A DNA stretch of 64,000 bases from Gekko japonicus (Eukaryota), in the NCBI RefSeq assembly GCF_001447785.1, contig NW_015167624.1:1-64000 (forward strand), given 5' to 3'. The notes below the pieces were generated by a model. It worked only from the letters and a program-made list of their open reading frames with translations, searched no databases and was not told the DNA's origin. Positions 12,850 through 25,744 of the stretch are shown here, one piece after another. Position 1 is the stretch's first letter. Each line of letters opens with the position of its first letter. The translations under genes were made by a program, and so were the position numbers.

Positions 12850-13330
12850 TTATAAGATTATGCATGGGATAGAGCAGGTCGAGAAAGAGGTACTTTTCTC
12901 CCTTTCTCGCAATACAAGAACTGGTGGGCATTCCATGAAATTTCTGAGCGGTCGGGTTAGAACAGATAAAAGGAAGTACTTCTTCACCCAAAGACTGATC
13001 AACACATGGAATTCACTGCCACAGGAGGTGGTGGTGGCTACAGGCATGGACAGCTTCAAGAGGGAATTAGATAAGCATATGGAGCAGAGGTCCATCAGTG
13101 ACTATTAGCCACAAGGTATAGATAGGAACCCTCAGTCTGGGGCAAGTGATGCTCTGTCTTCTTGGTGCTTGGGGGGGGGGTAGCAACAGTGGGAGGGCTT
13201 CTAGTGTCCTGGCCCCACTGCTGGACCTCCTGAGGGCACCTGGTATTTCTGGCCACTGTGTGGCAGAGTGTTGGACTGGATGGGCCTTTGGCCTGATCCA
13301 ACCTTGGCTTCTCTGATGTTCTCTTATGTT
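12850..13330 (+). mobile_element. CR1 LINE 3' end
   Basis: [27 protein letters not shown]2 end and (TTCTTATG) tail. Confidence 0.85.
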
Positions 13331-13896
13331 CTTATAATCCGAGTTGGGAAACTCTTGGAAATTTGGGGTTGGAGCCTGGGGATGACAGGGACCTCAGTGG
13401 GGTCCAATGCCATAGAGTCTGTCCTCCAAAACAGCCATTTTCTCCAGAGGAACTGATCCCTGTAGTCTGGAGATGAGCTGTAATTCTGGGGGATCCCCAG
13501 GCCCCACCTGGAGGCTGGCATCCCTACTCCTTGGCTACGAGGCTTCCGTTTTCTTCTATCCCATTGTAGCAGGCATGGAAAAATGGACACTCCGGTGACC
13601 CGTCAGGAACAAATCTATAGTGTTCATATGAGTACGTAGTTCTTACCCTGCCCACGCCCTCTGCATCTGTAGGGGCAAAGAGACAGCAAGCAAAGAAAAA
13701 CCAGCGCTAGGAGAGGAGGGCAGCCGGGTCACCCAGGTCAGCAGAGGAATGGAGTCAGGTCATCCCAAGCCGTGGTCAACAGGTCATCGGCAGGATTTTT
13801 CAAACAACTCTTTTATTCAAGGTTTTCCAAACAAACAGCAAGGGGGGGGGAGAAGAAAGAGAGAGATTAACTAATAATGAATAAAACATAATAGTA

Positions 13897-14251
13897 CATG
13901 GAGAAGACTCTTGAGAGTCCCTTGGACTGCAAGAAGATCAAATCAGTCAATCCTCAAAGAAATCAACCCTGACTGTTCCCTGGAAGGCCAGATAATGAAA
14001 CTGAAGCTCAAATACTTTGGCCACCCAATGAGAAGGGAGCACTCACTGGAGAAGACCCTGATGCTGGGAAAGATTGAAGGTCAAAGAAGATGGGGACGGC
14101 AAAGGATGAGATGGTTAGACAGGGTCATCGATGCAACGAACATGAAATTGAGCAAACCTCAGAGGACGGCGGAAGACCGGAAGGCCTGGCGGGATCTGGT
14201 CCATGGGGGCGCGAAGAGTCGGACTCGACTGTGCGACTGAACAACAACAAA
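13897..14251 (+). mobile_element. RTE-BovB LINE 3' fragment
   Basis: RVPWTARRSNQSILKEI...KLKYFGH...LEKTLMLGKIEG; (CAA)n tail. Confidence 0.9.
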
Positions 14252-14730
14252 CAGTCTATGGGTGTTCCAAGAGCTAGCCAAGCATGAATTTATCTGAGGG
14301 ATTTTTAATGCAAAGAGTGGTTTCATAGTCAGGCATTGGGGGGTGCCCAAAGAGACACACAGGGATGATTCCTCATGCACTCATTGCTGCTGCGGAGGCA
14401 GAGGTATCTGTAGTGGCAGCAGGGCATCCACGTGGGGGTGGTGGGGAGGGGGCTGAACACACACGAAGCTGCCTGATGCTGGATCGGGCCCATGGTCCAT
14501 CAAGATCAGTGCTAGCAACCACAAGTTCATAAGAACATATGAGAAGCCATGTTGGATCAGGCCAACAGCTCATCCAGTCCAACACTCTGTGTCATGCAGT
14601 GACCAAAACCCAGGTTCTGAGGAGGTTCACTATAGCCAGGAATCCCTATTAAATAGCAGAGGGCGCTAAGCTTACATGCAGCAGCAGCTTCTGGGCACTA
14701 CGTGTGCTAGCAAAGCTACAAAGAGCCACT

Positions 14731-15102
14731 TGTCAGTTTTGAACTAATGAGAGTTCTTTATTTAGGGAACTGCATTCTGGATAGGATCCATGGGGTCGCG
14801 AAGAGTCGGACTTGACTGTGCGACTGAACAACATTCTGGATAGTAGAGGTGGGAGACAGGGATAGAATCTAATCGAACTAGATGGGATGGATGCAGATGG
14901 AGAATGCATGTCCTGCATCCATGGTGCCAAAGATGGAGAGTGTGTGCCCCTTGTGTGTGTGAGAGAGAAGGTGTTAAAGCTGGAAGAAAGGAAGTCTTGT
15001 CCCTAAGAATAGCATTCTACTTCAAAGGGATAGTATCAGATCGCAGGAAGGACAGGATGCTCTGTGTGTCCCGACCTCTCTGTCTAAAAATGTATGGTTA
15101 CA
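14731..15102 (-). mobile_element. probable solo LTR carrying a 47-bp BovB tail insertion
   Basis: TGT...ACA ends; similar to 4996-5593; 12-bp TSD around the insert. Confidence 0.5.
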
Positions 15103-15180
15103 TTGCTGAAGTTTGAGGCAGAAGACCCCCATTGAGGCAGAAGACTCCCACTCTTGCCCCCCCCCCCAGGACCAAGAATA

Positions 15181-15756
15181 CATGCGCTGGATAATGCACT
15201 ATCAATGCACTTTAGCTGTTGTTTGCAAGAGGACTGTGCCGTTCCATAGACCAATTCCGCAAAAGCAGCTGTTGCGCTCTCTGTTTCCCCCGTTGTACTG
15301 GTCAATTTCCCACTATTTGCTGCAGGGCCACATTTTGACACGCATCTCCCCCGAGTCTTCTTGATCCTTATTTTTTAGGGCGCAACAACTGCTTTTGCGG
15401 AATCGTGCTTGAATAAAACTTCGTTGGTCTTAAAGGTGCCACTGGACTCTAAATTTGTGCTACTGCTTCAGAACAGGGCTAGTCGAGCCGAGCCGACCCG
15501 ACCCGACCCAACCGATTTTCCCTGCATCTTCTTGATCCTAAAAAATAAGGATCAAGAAGACAAGTGGGCAATTGGTGGGAGATGCGGGTCAAAATGTGGC
15601 CGCACAGCAAATAGTGGGAAATCGAACCCTACAACCAGGGGAAACGGCAGACCGAGGGCACAACTGCTTTTGCGGAATCGGTCACAGTAAAATCCCGTTG
15701 CAAAGTGCATTGAAAGTGGATCAAAAATGCATTATTCAGCATATGTGAAAGCGCCC
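15181..15756. mobile_element. nested palindromic MITEs
   Basis: Inner inverted arms 15249-15683 within outer inverted arms. Confidence 0.6.
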
Positions 15757-16289
15757 ATTATTGTGCTCCATCTATAGTAAAGATTCCCTTGTTCGAAAGC
15801 CAGTCGAATCCAACTCTAGGGTTGCTGTGCAAGAGCCAGCGCTGTCCAAAGAAGTTTCCGTGGTCATGTGGCCGGCATGGCTAGATGCCAAGGTGCACTG
15901 AACGCTGTTACCTTCCCACCGAAGTGGTACCTATTCATCTACTTGCAATTTCTTGCTTTCAAACTGCTAGGTTGGCAGGAGCTGGAACTAGAGACGGGAG
16001 CTCACTCCGTCATGCAGCACCCGGGTCTCGAACTGCTGAACTACTGACCTTCCACAGCCTGCAGTTCAGCGTCTTAACCACTTGAGAGCCACCACAACTC
16101 AATCTATAACTTACATCTATAATTTACAGCTAATAGCCACCAATAGACCTCCGCTCCATGTGTTTATCCAATCCCCTCTTGACGCTATGCTTGTAGCCCA
16201 CTGCTTGTAGTAGTGCATTCTAAATTCCCTGTGTTAATTACGATTTGGGTGCAGGAGCTCCTTACTTTTAAAAAATTACTTTTTAAGTC

Positions 16290-17360
16290 TTCGCCGTCGG
16301 CCGAGGCACCAAAGCCGGGGACGGTGTTCTTTTGCCAAACTGACAGCTTCGATTTGTTTTTTGTTTTACGACCCGTCGTTTACACGGAAGCAAGGCCGGC
16401 TGAGCCCAACGGGACTTCCTCTCCCCTCGCGAAGCACACCTCAAAAGACGGCAGCGGGGAAGAGTCGGCGGGCGTCGCGCGCGCGGCGGAGCCCATGCAA
16501 ATGAGGTCAAGGAAGGCGGGCCCTCGAGGTCGCTCCGGGCGGGACTTCGCGCGCTCCCGAACTTCCCATTGGGCGAGGCGCGCGCGGCTCAAAAGGCGAG
16601 CTCCGGCGGGCCCGCGCCATAGGGTAGTTCGGCGCCGATCCTCCCCCTCTCCCTCCTCCCCCCCCTCGTCTCGTGAGATGAAAAGTTTCTGGCGGCCTCA
16701 GTGACTGGAGGGAAATTGAAATAAATTAAAAAAAAGGGGACCCAAAATGGCGGAAAATTTAAAAGGTGAGTGGAGCGNNNNNNNNNNNNNNNNNNNNNNN
16801 NNNNNNNNNNNNNNNNNNNNNNNNNNNNNNNNNNNNNNNNNNNNNNNNNNNNNNNNNNNNNNNNNNNNNNNNNNNNGGGGGGTGGCAGCGGCAGCCGCGA
16901 CCGTTAAGGGAGCCGGCGCGCGCGCGCGCGAGGAAGCCCGATCCTGTGGCGGCGCGTTGGCGGGGCCGCCGCCGCCGCCTCTCTCGCCCCGAAGGCGGGA
17001 AAGGAGGGACGTGGGGGCGGTGGGAACCAAGAGTCCGGCACAGAAGCCGCCAGGCGAGGCCGGATCTCTCCCTCGAAATGAAACCTCCGCGCGAAATAAA
17101 CGCCGCCGCCGAGTCCTTCGGGGACGCTACTCTTGCCCTCAGCCGCTCCCGCGTGTTCCCCTCTGAGGCCGCCCGATGGTCCAAGGAGTGATGGTCCAAG
17201 GTCACCCCGTTAGGGCGAGAGCACGGTATCTGAACCCGGCTCTCCACGGTGCTGGTCTTAGCACTAACCACTACACCACACGGCCTCCATAAGCGCCCTT
17301 GTACCAGCCGGGTCCCATTTAATACTACTCCCCCCCCCGCGCGCGCGCTGCTCTCCACGT
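16290..17360 (+). promoter_or_regulatory. CpG island / SUV39H1 promoter
   Basis: Very CpG-rich around the ATG exon; E2F-like sites (ttcgcgcg about 16547, ggagggaaa about 16707), TCTCGTGAGA at 16669-16678, GC boxes. Confidence 0.85.
16747..16765 (+). CDS. SUV39H1: SUV39H1 exon 1 (MAENLK)
   Basis: aaaATGG Kozak; gtgagt donor at 16766; matches SUV39H1 N-terminus. Confidence 0.93.
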
Positions 17361-17427
17361 TTCCCTCACAACGTCTTCCCTTTGCGGAGACAATCTTCAC
17401 CAGACTGACTTTTGACAAGACGGAGCC

Positions 17428-18070
17428 GAGTCCAGTGGCAGCTTTAAGACCAACAAAGTTTAGTTCTGGGGATAAGCTTTCGTGTGCACGCACACTTTTT
17501 CGGATAGATTCAGGTGGGTAGCCGTGTTGGTCTGAAGCAGAAGAACAAAGTTTGAGTCCTGCGGCACCTTTGAGACCAACAAAGTTTAATTCTGGGGATA
17601 AGCTTTCCTGTGCACGCACACTTCTTCTGTTAGATTCAGGTGGGTAGCCGTGTTGGTCTGAAGCAGCAGATGAAAGCTGGAGTCCAGTGGCGCCTTTAAG
17701 AGCAACAAAGTCTTGTTCTGGGTATAAGATTTCATATGCATGCACACTTCTTCAGATACAGGCGTCAGAAGAAGTGTGCATGCACACAGATTCTTATACC
17801 CAGAATAAAATTTTCCTGGTCTTAAACGTTCCACTGGACTTAAACTCTGTCATGCTGAGTTTGATCCAAGTCCAGTAGCACCTTTAGAGAGCAACAAGAT
17901 TTTGGAGGTAAAAGCTTTCTAAAGTCAAAGCTCCCTTTTTCAGGTACCTGACAAAGGGAGTTTTGACTCTTGAAAGCTCATATCCCAAAATCTTGTTGGT
18001 CTCTAAGGTGCTACGGGACTCAGATCTAGTTCTTCTAATGCAGAACAACATGGCTACCCTCTGAAACTAA
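17428..18070. mobile_element. Penelope-like terminal repeats: three tandem 126-bp units plus inverted copies, with degenerate hammerhead motifs
   Basis: Units start at 17428, 17554 and 17680; inverted copy about 17765-17840; second inverted pair about 17870-18066. Confidence 0.65.
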
Positions 18071-20818
18071 TGCAGAGATAGGTTCTCTCAAACTTAATTT
18101 AGATTTGACACTAACTTTTTTTTAACCACTAATGCTAATCTGTTTAGGAATACTGGGGTTTGGGGGAAGATCCTTCAGCACTAAGGGAGATGGCTCATCT
18201 AGTTTAGAATATCTTCAGTCCACTTTTTGTAAAGCGCTAATTGGCTTTCTTTAACTATGACTCTTATGTTTTTGTTGGTCTTTGGGGTCTGTCAGTGGCT
18301 ACTAGTCATGGTGACTGAAGGGAACTTCCAAGTTCAGAGGCACTCAACCTCTGAATCCCAATGCCAGGAGGCAGCATCAGGGGAAGGCCTCAGCCTCTAT
18401 GCCTTATTGTTGGCTTTCCAGGGGAAGTGGTTGGCCACAGTGTGAGACAGGATTGGATGGACCACTGGTCAGATCCAGCAGGACTCCTCTGATCTTATGT
18501 TGCATCTGATTTATAACCTCCTGCATCCTAAGAGCTTGAGCAGATGACTATGCTAATCATAAAAGATAATCATCCCTGTCCCTTCGTCTCCACCCTTTCC
18601 TTGAACCCTCACACTAACCTTGCACCTAGTACTGTCAGTATTATGCGCTCTAAAGGAATAAATTTTCTGCGGGTGAAAGGCAATTAAAAAAAACAGTTTC
18701 CAGAGACTTTGCTAAGCTTCATGTCTGTTTGAATTGTTGGTATGTATTGGATTAATTCACCTGAGCTGCAGAATATCAAATTCATAAAGCAGGTTTGGAA
18801 GCTGGAGATCCTTTTGGTGGACGTCATTTTCTGAAAAGTGAGAAGAAATACTTAGGTTACTGGGTCTGACTAATTACTATAAATCAGCCACTAACAAACT
18901 TGCAATCCTGTTCCTGTGCATCCTTACTCAGAGGTAAATCACACTTTGTTCAAGCAGGCTTATGCTAGCTAGCTGTGCGTGGGACTGCAGCCTCAGGCTG
19001 GAAGAAGGTTTCTAACTGTTAGAATGGTGACGTTTTGCAGTTGTCCCCACGGAAGAGTTCTAGGAGGAAAATAATCAATAGGATGGACAACACGAAAAGG
19101 GGATCTTGTAATTTTCCACTTCCCCATTTGTAGTTTGTTCTGATTTTAAATCCAGCTGTTAAAAGCCTTCTGTGTGTAATTTGTTACCACACCTCTTACA
19201 TGGGGTAGTATAGTGGGGTATATGTGAATTGTGTGGTGTAGCAGAGTGGATATAGTATCATATTTGGGAGACCAAGGTTTGAATCTTCACTCTGTCATGG
19301 AAGCTTGCTGGCTAATCTTTGGTCAGTCACATACCCCCTCAGCCTTACCTGCCTAACAGGGTTGTTGTGAGGATACAGTGGAGGAGAGGAGATGCTGAGG
19401 TAACGCTGCCATCATTTATTTGTACTATATTTGCTGGCACCTATATGCACATGTTGTGGTTTTAACTTTATTATTGTTTTAACGTATCTCGCTGTTTTAA
19501 TATATTTATGTATACTCTGTAAGCCGCCCTGAGCCTGCCTGGCAGGGAGGGCGGGATACAAATCAAACAAATAAATAAACAATGTATGCCGTTTTGCGGG
19601 AGAAAGGAGGGAAATGAATGAAGTAAATAAAGAGTCTCCACTTAGCGTCTCTTAATCACACCAGTTTTTTGTATGAATGCTGACCTGAAGTATTTAAACT
19701 TTTCTTAGGAAAGAGGATTCTTTGGGTGTGGGTTTTTGTCGACTTCTTCCTCTTTTTTCTTGTGGGTTTGCAAATGGAGGAAACAGTGCTATTTCTTAGC
19801 ATTTGAACAAGTTGGAAGAACTGATGACTCTTTGCTTGGGATGTAAAATCGGTCACACAATCTGGGTGGTGTACGGTGCTTGAATTGCCAGTGATAAGCA
19901 GCTACTGCCGTCTCCTCCTAACCTGTGTGCCAGTCCGTTAGCATTTAGTACCAGTGTGTTTGAAAGACCTGGGTTCAAACACCGTCATTGCCATGAAGCT
20001 GACTTGGTAGCTCCGGACCAGTCACACGCACTCTCAGTCTAACCCGCCTCACTGAGCTGTTGTGCGGATAAAACTAGAGAGTCACGTATGCAACTCTGAG
20101 CTTCTTGGTGGAAAAGGACTTTTATGGTTATTTTTTGGGGGCTTTATGGTTATTGCTTTGTATTGTAAGCTGACTTGAGTTCGGTAAGGTAGAAAGGTGG
20201 CTAATAAATGCTTTAAATAAATAAAAAGTAGGGATACAGATGTGCTAGATAGTAAATATTGGGTTTATGCCTATCTTGGGGTTCTGGGGTGAGCCAGCTG
20301 AGAGCCTTAACCGGAGTCAGAATTGTATGAGCACAAGTCCTGTGCTACTTTTAGCTTGGTTTTTAGAGTTCTCGCTTCACAAGAGCCAGCATAGTGTAAG
20401 GTTGATTCTCTACTGCTCCTCCACATGAAGCCTGCTGGGTGACCTTGGGCCAGTCGCCCTTCTCTCAGAACTCTTTCAGCCCCACCTGCCTCACAAGGTG
20501 CCTGTTATGGGGAGAGGAAGGGAAGGTGGTTATAAGAAGCTTTGAGGCTCTTTAGGGTAGAGAAAAGTGGAGTATAAGAGCCAACTTTTCTCCTTTCTCA
20601 TTTGTATGTGTGAGTGGTCTATAAAACTGGGCTGGCTATCGACTCATCGAGGGATTCATAGCTTCCAAGTGCATGTGTATGTGAAAGAGGACAAAAGCAA
20701 ACAGGAGCTGCAGATAAGTGAGGTGCTATGGTGGAAAGCTTATGGCTGGAATAAGTGGAAGGCTGGTATGGAACTGATATCTGAAAACAAATCTGGGTGT
20801 GTAACAGAGGTCTTCTAA

Positions 20819-21361
20819 GGCCCCAGTCACACGGGCTGGAAAATGCGGGGGGGAAGCGTGGCTGTTTGCCCCGGAACAAAGTAATGTGCGGCAGCCCGAT
20901 CAGACGTCCTGTCGAGGTTCCATGGTTAGGCTGTTAGGTGCCGATCACACGGCTAGTCTGCAGTGTGGCACGGCGCGTTCACACCGGCAATTGCGCCGCG
21001 CCGCTTCCGTGGCAAACGGGATTTTTTTTTTTGTCTCACCGAAGTTTGCACATATGCATGGTCGTTTGTGTGCATCCTGTGGAGACTTTAAAAAAACACG
21101 TCCGGTTTGCAACGGGACATGGGCGGGCGCCAGACGCCACGGGTTTTCAGTGGAAACGCAATCAGACGCCCGCCCTTGCCCCGCGTTTTCCGGAAACTAG
21201 TACATCGTATGTGGTGGTTTTTTACTCCGCATCTTCAGCAACAAGCCACGGGTTAGCCACGGGTGCACTACGCTTCCCAGATGTTGCGGTGTGATCGTGC
21301 CCGGAAAATCTGCCTATCATCCGTGTCTTCAGCGTGGCAACTTCTCCGTGTGAACGGGGCC
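20819..21361 (+). mobile_element. PIF/Harbinger-like MITE, full length
   Basis: 16-bp TIR (14/16 match) and TAA target-site duplication. Confidence 0.85.
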
Positions 21362-21869
21362 TAAGATGGCTTGCTAGAAATGTTTTATGTGCTATCCCCT
21401 GCAGCCAACCTTAGAAAAGTGCCTCTGGCACAACATCCTAGGTTTCTTTTCCCCTAATGTCCCTGTAAAGAAATGCATTCGTTGGGTATAGGTCTAACCT
21501 GCAGAGAACAGGCAGGAAGGGGGAAGTCAGTTCAGTGGCTTTCTAGCTGTGACTCAGCAACCTCTTAAGAAATGCTAATTGGTTCAGCTAAAGACAGTAG
21601 GATGGTCCAGTCTCCCCCCCCCCCCCAAGCAGGGAACAGAGATTTGGAGGCATTAAAGACTAGGACTTCAAGAAGAAACTTCTGGAGACCTTAGGAAAAG
21701 CTTCTTTGATCCAGCCTGACTTGGTCAGTGGGTATGAAAAGAGAGATGATAAAAGTCCTGGGAGCAAGGAGGGAGGTCTCTTGGGTGCTGATTCCATTGA
21801 AGCAGACAGAACGCTTAACTGAGGCTTGGAGGAGGCCGCTGTTACCATGTGCTGGCCTGGGCAGCTGAA

Positions 21870-22427
21870 GGAAGCTGCAAGGTAAGGGAAAACCTGTAGA
21901 GATTAGAGCATTCTAAGCTAAGGAGCCTGATAGGGCATGTATAGAGAGAGGGACAGAGGAATTGCATCTTACCCATTTCTTTTGAATCCCTTGCTCAATC
22001 TGGTGCTGTGCTAAAAGTATGCCTGTGAACATTTTCTTTTTAATAAATACTTTGTAACTTTGGATGCTGGGAGTGGTTCTCTGTACCACATAGACCTCCA
22101 TCATCTTGGACACACTATTTTAAAAGGAGCACCAGGAGGAGGAAGACAGGCAGTTGGCAAGTGGTTATTCCTCTAGGGGCGGGCGCACAAGGCAATAAAC
22201 TGTCCCTGTGGTGACCAGACACTGGCAAGTGGGAGACACAGGGGCAAGGCCTCAGAACTTGGAAGGTATGCTGGGAGTCCTGACCCTCCCAGCGGACAGT
22301 TCCTACAGAGGTCAGGTGGCAGTGGCGGGTTATCAGAGAGAGAGAAAAGCCTTTCCGAGTGTTGGGAAAACCTTGGAGGGCAGGGTGGAACAGGGCTTGC
22401 AGGCTGGAGCAGGCCCATTCTACCACA
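21870..22427. repeat. interspersed LTR-like repeat (second copy about 36760-37336)
   Basis: Long colinear similarity between the two loci; boundaries not resolved. Confidence 0.55.
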
Positions 22428-22546
22428 GGCCCCCTAGGTTAGAAGCCTGATAAGGACTAGCCAGAGAAACCATCTTTTCAAAGGCAAAACAGTGCTTATT
22501 CTACATGTTCATATCTGCTCCTTCTCCCCATTCTCATCCCCTCTAG

Positions 22547-22692
22547 CCTGCTCTGTTTGTTGCAAATCCAGTTGGTCCCAGCTCCAGGATTTGTGTCGCT
22601 TGGATAAAGTATGCTGCCCGTCCCTGGGCATCACCAGGAAAAACCTGTATGATTTTGAAGTGGAATATCTGTGTGACTACATGAAAGTCCGG
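22547..22692 (+). CDS. SUV39H1: SUV39H1 exon 2 ([18 protein letters not shown]...[15 protein letters not shown])
   Basis: ctctag acceptor, gtgagt donor; start of chromodomain. Confidence 0.95.
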
Positions 22693-23115
22693 GTGAGTTT
22701 TGCTGGCTTCCTGCAGCTTTTGCGTTATGTGACCGGGCATCCTTCTTCCTAGTTCTCAGTTGGCTGCTTCTGTACAGAGTCTCGGCATTATTTTGGGCTT
22801 TCTCTTCTTCCTCTCCCTTCACCCATCTCATTATTATTGGCCAGGCAGTACTGAAATGCAGAGCAAGTCTCCCTCTTGTGGGTGGAAATCTAAGGTTGCC
22901 ACAGAAATGGAATTGTGGGGAAGGGGTGTTATGTAAGACCTGATGTAAACAGGTTTAGGGCTGCTAAATTCCACTCTGGATTCTTGGGTTCTCTCCTTGC
23001 CTTGGGGTTTCAGTGGAGATTACCGAGAGACCTTCCTTTCTGCGGACTGTTTTCAGCACTGGGAAAAGAATGTCATGTTTCAAGCTAACACTGGGCATGG
23101 TTACCTTTTGCGCAG

Positions 23116-23781
23116 GATGAAGAATACTACCTTGTGAAGTGGCGGGGCTACTCTGAAATGGAAAACACCTGGGAGCCTCGTAAGAACTTGCGCTGCATCA
23201 GTATCCTCAAGCAGTTCCACCGGGACCTAGAGCAGGCATTGATCCGGCGTGGAGACAAGATGAGAAAGAACTTGCGTTTGCTTGACCCAGGCATCACCAA
23301 CTATCTGGTGCAGAAGGCCAAGCAACGGCAAGCCCTGCAGCAGTGGGAGTACGAGCTCAACGCCAAACGCAATCACAAGGGACGCATCATGGTAGAGAAC
23401 GAAGTGGACTTGGACGGGCCTCCCCGGGACTTTGTCTACATCAACGAGTACAAGGTTGGGGATGGCATCATTCTCAACCAGGTGGCTGTGGGCTGCGAAT
23501 GCCGAGACTGTCTGCTGGAAGCAGTGGGGGGTTGTTGCCCAGGGGTTTCGCACCATAAATTCGCCTATAACGAGCTGGGCCAAGTGAAGATCAAGGCCGG
23601 CATGCCCATCTATGAGTGCAATTCCCGCTGCAGCTGTGGGAGCGACTGCCCCAACCGTGTGGTGCAGAAAGGCATTCGTTATGACCTCTGCATTTTCCGG
23701 ACAGATAACGGGCGTGGCTGGGGTGTGCGCACGCTGGAGAAGATCCGCAAGAACAGCTTTGTCATGGAATACGTAGGAGAG
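23116..23781 (+). CDS. SUV39H1: SUV39H1 exon 3 (chromodomain, pre-SET, start of SET)
   Basis: gcgcag acceptor, gtacga donor; [23 protein letters not shown] motifs. Confidence 0.97.
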
Positions 23782-25744
23782 GTACGACGGGCAGGCAGGA
23801 GGCAAAAGAGGTTTACAGGTGGTGGCCCAGGATACGAGAAGAATGAAATGGAAACTGGGTTCACCTGGGAGGGAAGCCATAATGCCTCTGCACAGTAAAA
23901 ACATAGGAACTTCAGTTAGTGTGAGCATAGCAAATAGTCTAATCCAGGGCTCTCAATCTTCTTGGACCTCTAGGCACGTTTGGAATGTTGAGGTAGGGCA
24001 GTGAGCACCACTATAAAATGGCTGCCACCAGAGGTGGAGCCAAGAACATATACAACAAAGGAAAGGGGATGGGGAATATAAATACACAGATGAGGCCCAA
24101 GGTTGTGTGTGTGTACACACACAGAAATATGACTAATGGTGGAAAGGGAAGATCCTGTTCACAGGGTTCTGGATCCTTCTCCAGGGACTGAATGGAAAGA
24201 TCCAGGTGAAAAGCCCCTTTAGTTCTGTGAATGTATCTAGTCAGTGGTTGTACTTATACCCATCTACTTTCTTGAAGCACACGGAAATGCTTGCATGTAC
24301 CCACCACAGGTGCCACACTGGGGGACCCTGGTCTAGTCCATGGTTGGAGTCCCATCAGAGACAGTGTTCATGAAATGCCAGCTGAGAAGACCACTTTATC
24401 AGAGACCAGAGGGATATTGGGAAGATGATAGGATAGACAGGCAGGGCTGCGAGGACTAAGCACGTGACAGAGTCCCCTGACGACTTTGTTATGTGGTTAA
24501 TGAAGGAATGCACTGACGGAGTGGGAGCTTCCCTGTTAACAATGTGTGTACATTGGCTGTTCCCATTCTTCATTTTATCTAAATAATTGCAGCCAGTCCT
24601 TCGAATTCCAGGGCCAGTGTAAACAGAGAGAAGTGTTTGGCCTTCTTGCTAACTCAGGTGGGGCCATTAGCCAGGAAGCTCCAGGAAGAAAGGAAAAGAT
24701 ACTGGATGAATTTTTCTTGTCAGCACGCTGAACGATGCATATAATGCTCCCACAAATACTTCTGTTTCCTTAAAATCTCAATTTTATCTCCCCCCTTTCC
24801 ATCATAAACTGCTGCTGCTCAGTCCAGAAGTCACTGTATCTTAGAGTAAGAGATCACTGAGCACTATCAGAATTAAGATAATCTTCTATTATGTTTGCAG
24901 ATAGCTGCTTTATAAAACGTCTAGTACATACCACCATCAATAAAGAGGCAATAATGGGGAAAATTCCACCTAATGCTTGTTAGAACAGAACTTGCTTCAC
25001 ACAGCGAAAGGTTCACATCAATAGTGAGATACTTTTGAACCATCCACTGAACGTCTTCAGCCCAAAGACCCTTGAGTGGGGGGGTAAAAATCTCATAAAA
25101 GAAGATGTACTCTGCCATAAGTCACTGTAGGGACAACTTCAAAGTTTCTTGGAAATTTAAGGAATCACTTGGCAACTTCTCTACTATGGTGAGAATAGCT
25201 TTAGGTTTGTAAATAGAGAACTCTTAATCTGCCACATGAACTTAATCAGAGCATTTGAATGTTAATGGAGATGCTTGTTGAAGATATTTTTTTTTCTGCC
25301 ATCAAGTCAGAGCCGACCGGTGGCAATCCCATAGGGTTTTCAAGGCAAGAGATGTTCAGAGGTGGTTTGCCATTGCCTGCCTCTGCATAGGAAAATCCTG
25401 GATTTCCTTGGTGGTCTCCTATCCAAGCACTAATCAGAGCCGACCCGGCTTAGCTGCAAAAGTCTGATGGGACAAAGCTAGCCTGGGCTATCATAGAATC
25501 ATAGAGTTGGACGGGGCCGCACAGGCCATCCATGGCAAGTGTTTGTCCATCCTCTGCTTGAAAGCTGCCAGTGAGGACAAGGTCACCATCTCCATAGGCA
25601 GCCAGTTCCACTGCTGAATTACTCTTATTGTAATTTTTCCCCTATAATATCCAGCTTGGTACCTTTCTGCCTGTAATTTAGACCCTTTATTATGAGTGCT
25701 ACTCTTTGCTGTCAACAGGAACAGCTCTCTGCCCTCCTCTGTGT

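Noticed and set aside
17428-17810. Regularly spaced repeats resembling a CRISPR array
   Set aside because: Vertebrate DNA; whole units repeat with no unique spacers and no cas genes
23227-23928. 233-aa minus-strand ORF (similarly 35476-36303 and 44594-45100 on +)
   Set aside because: Antisense shadows of real SUV39H1 or WDR13 exons
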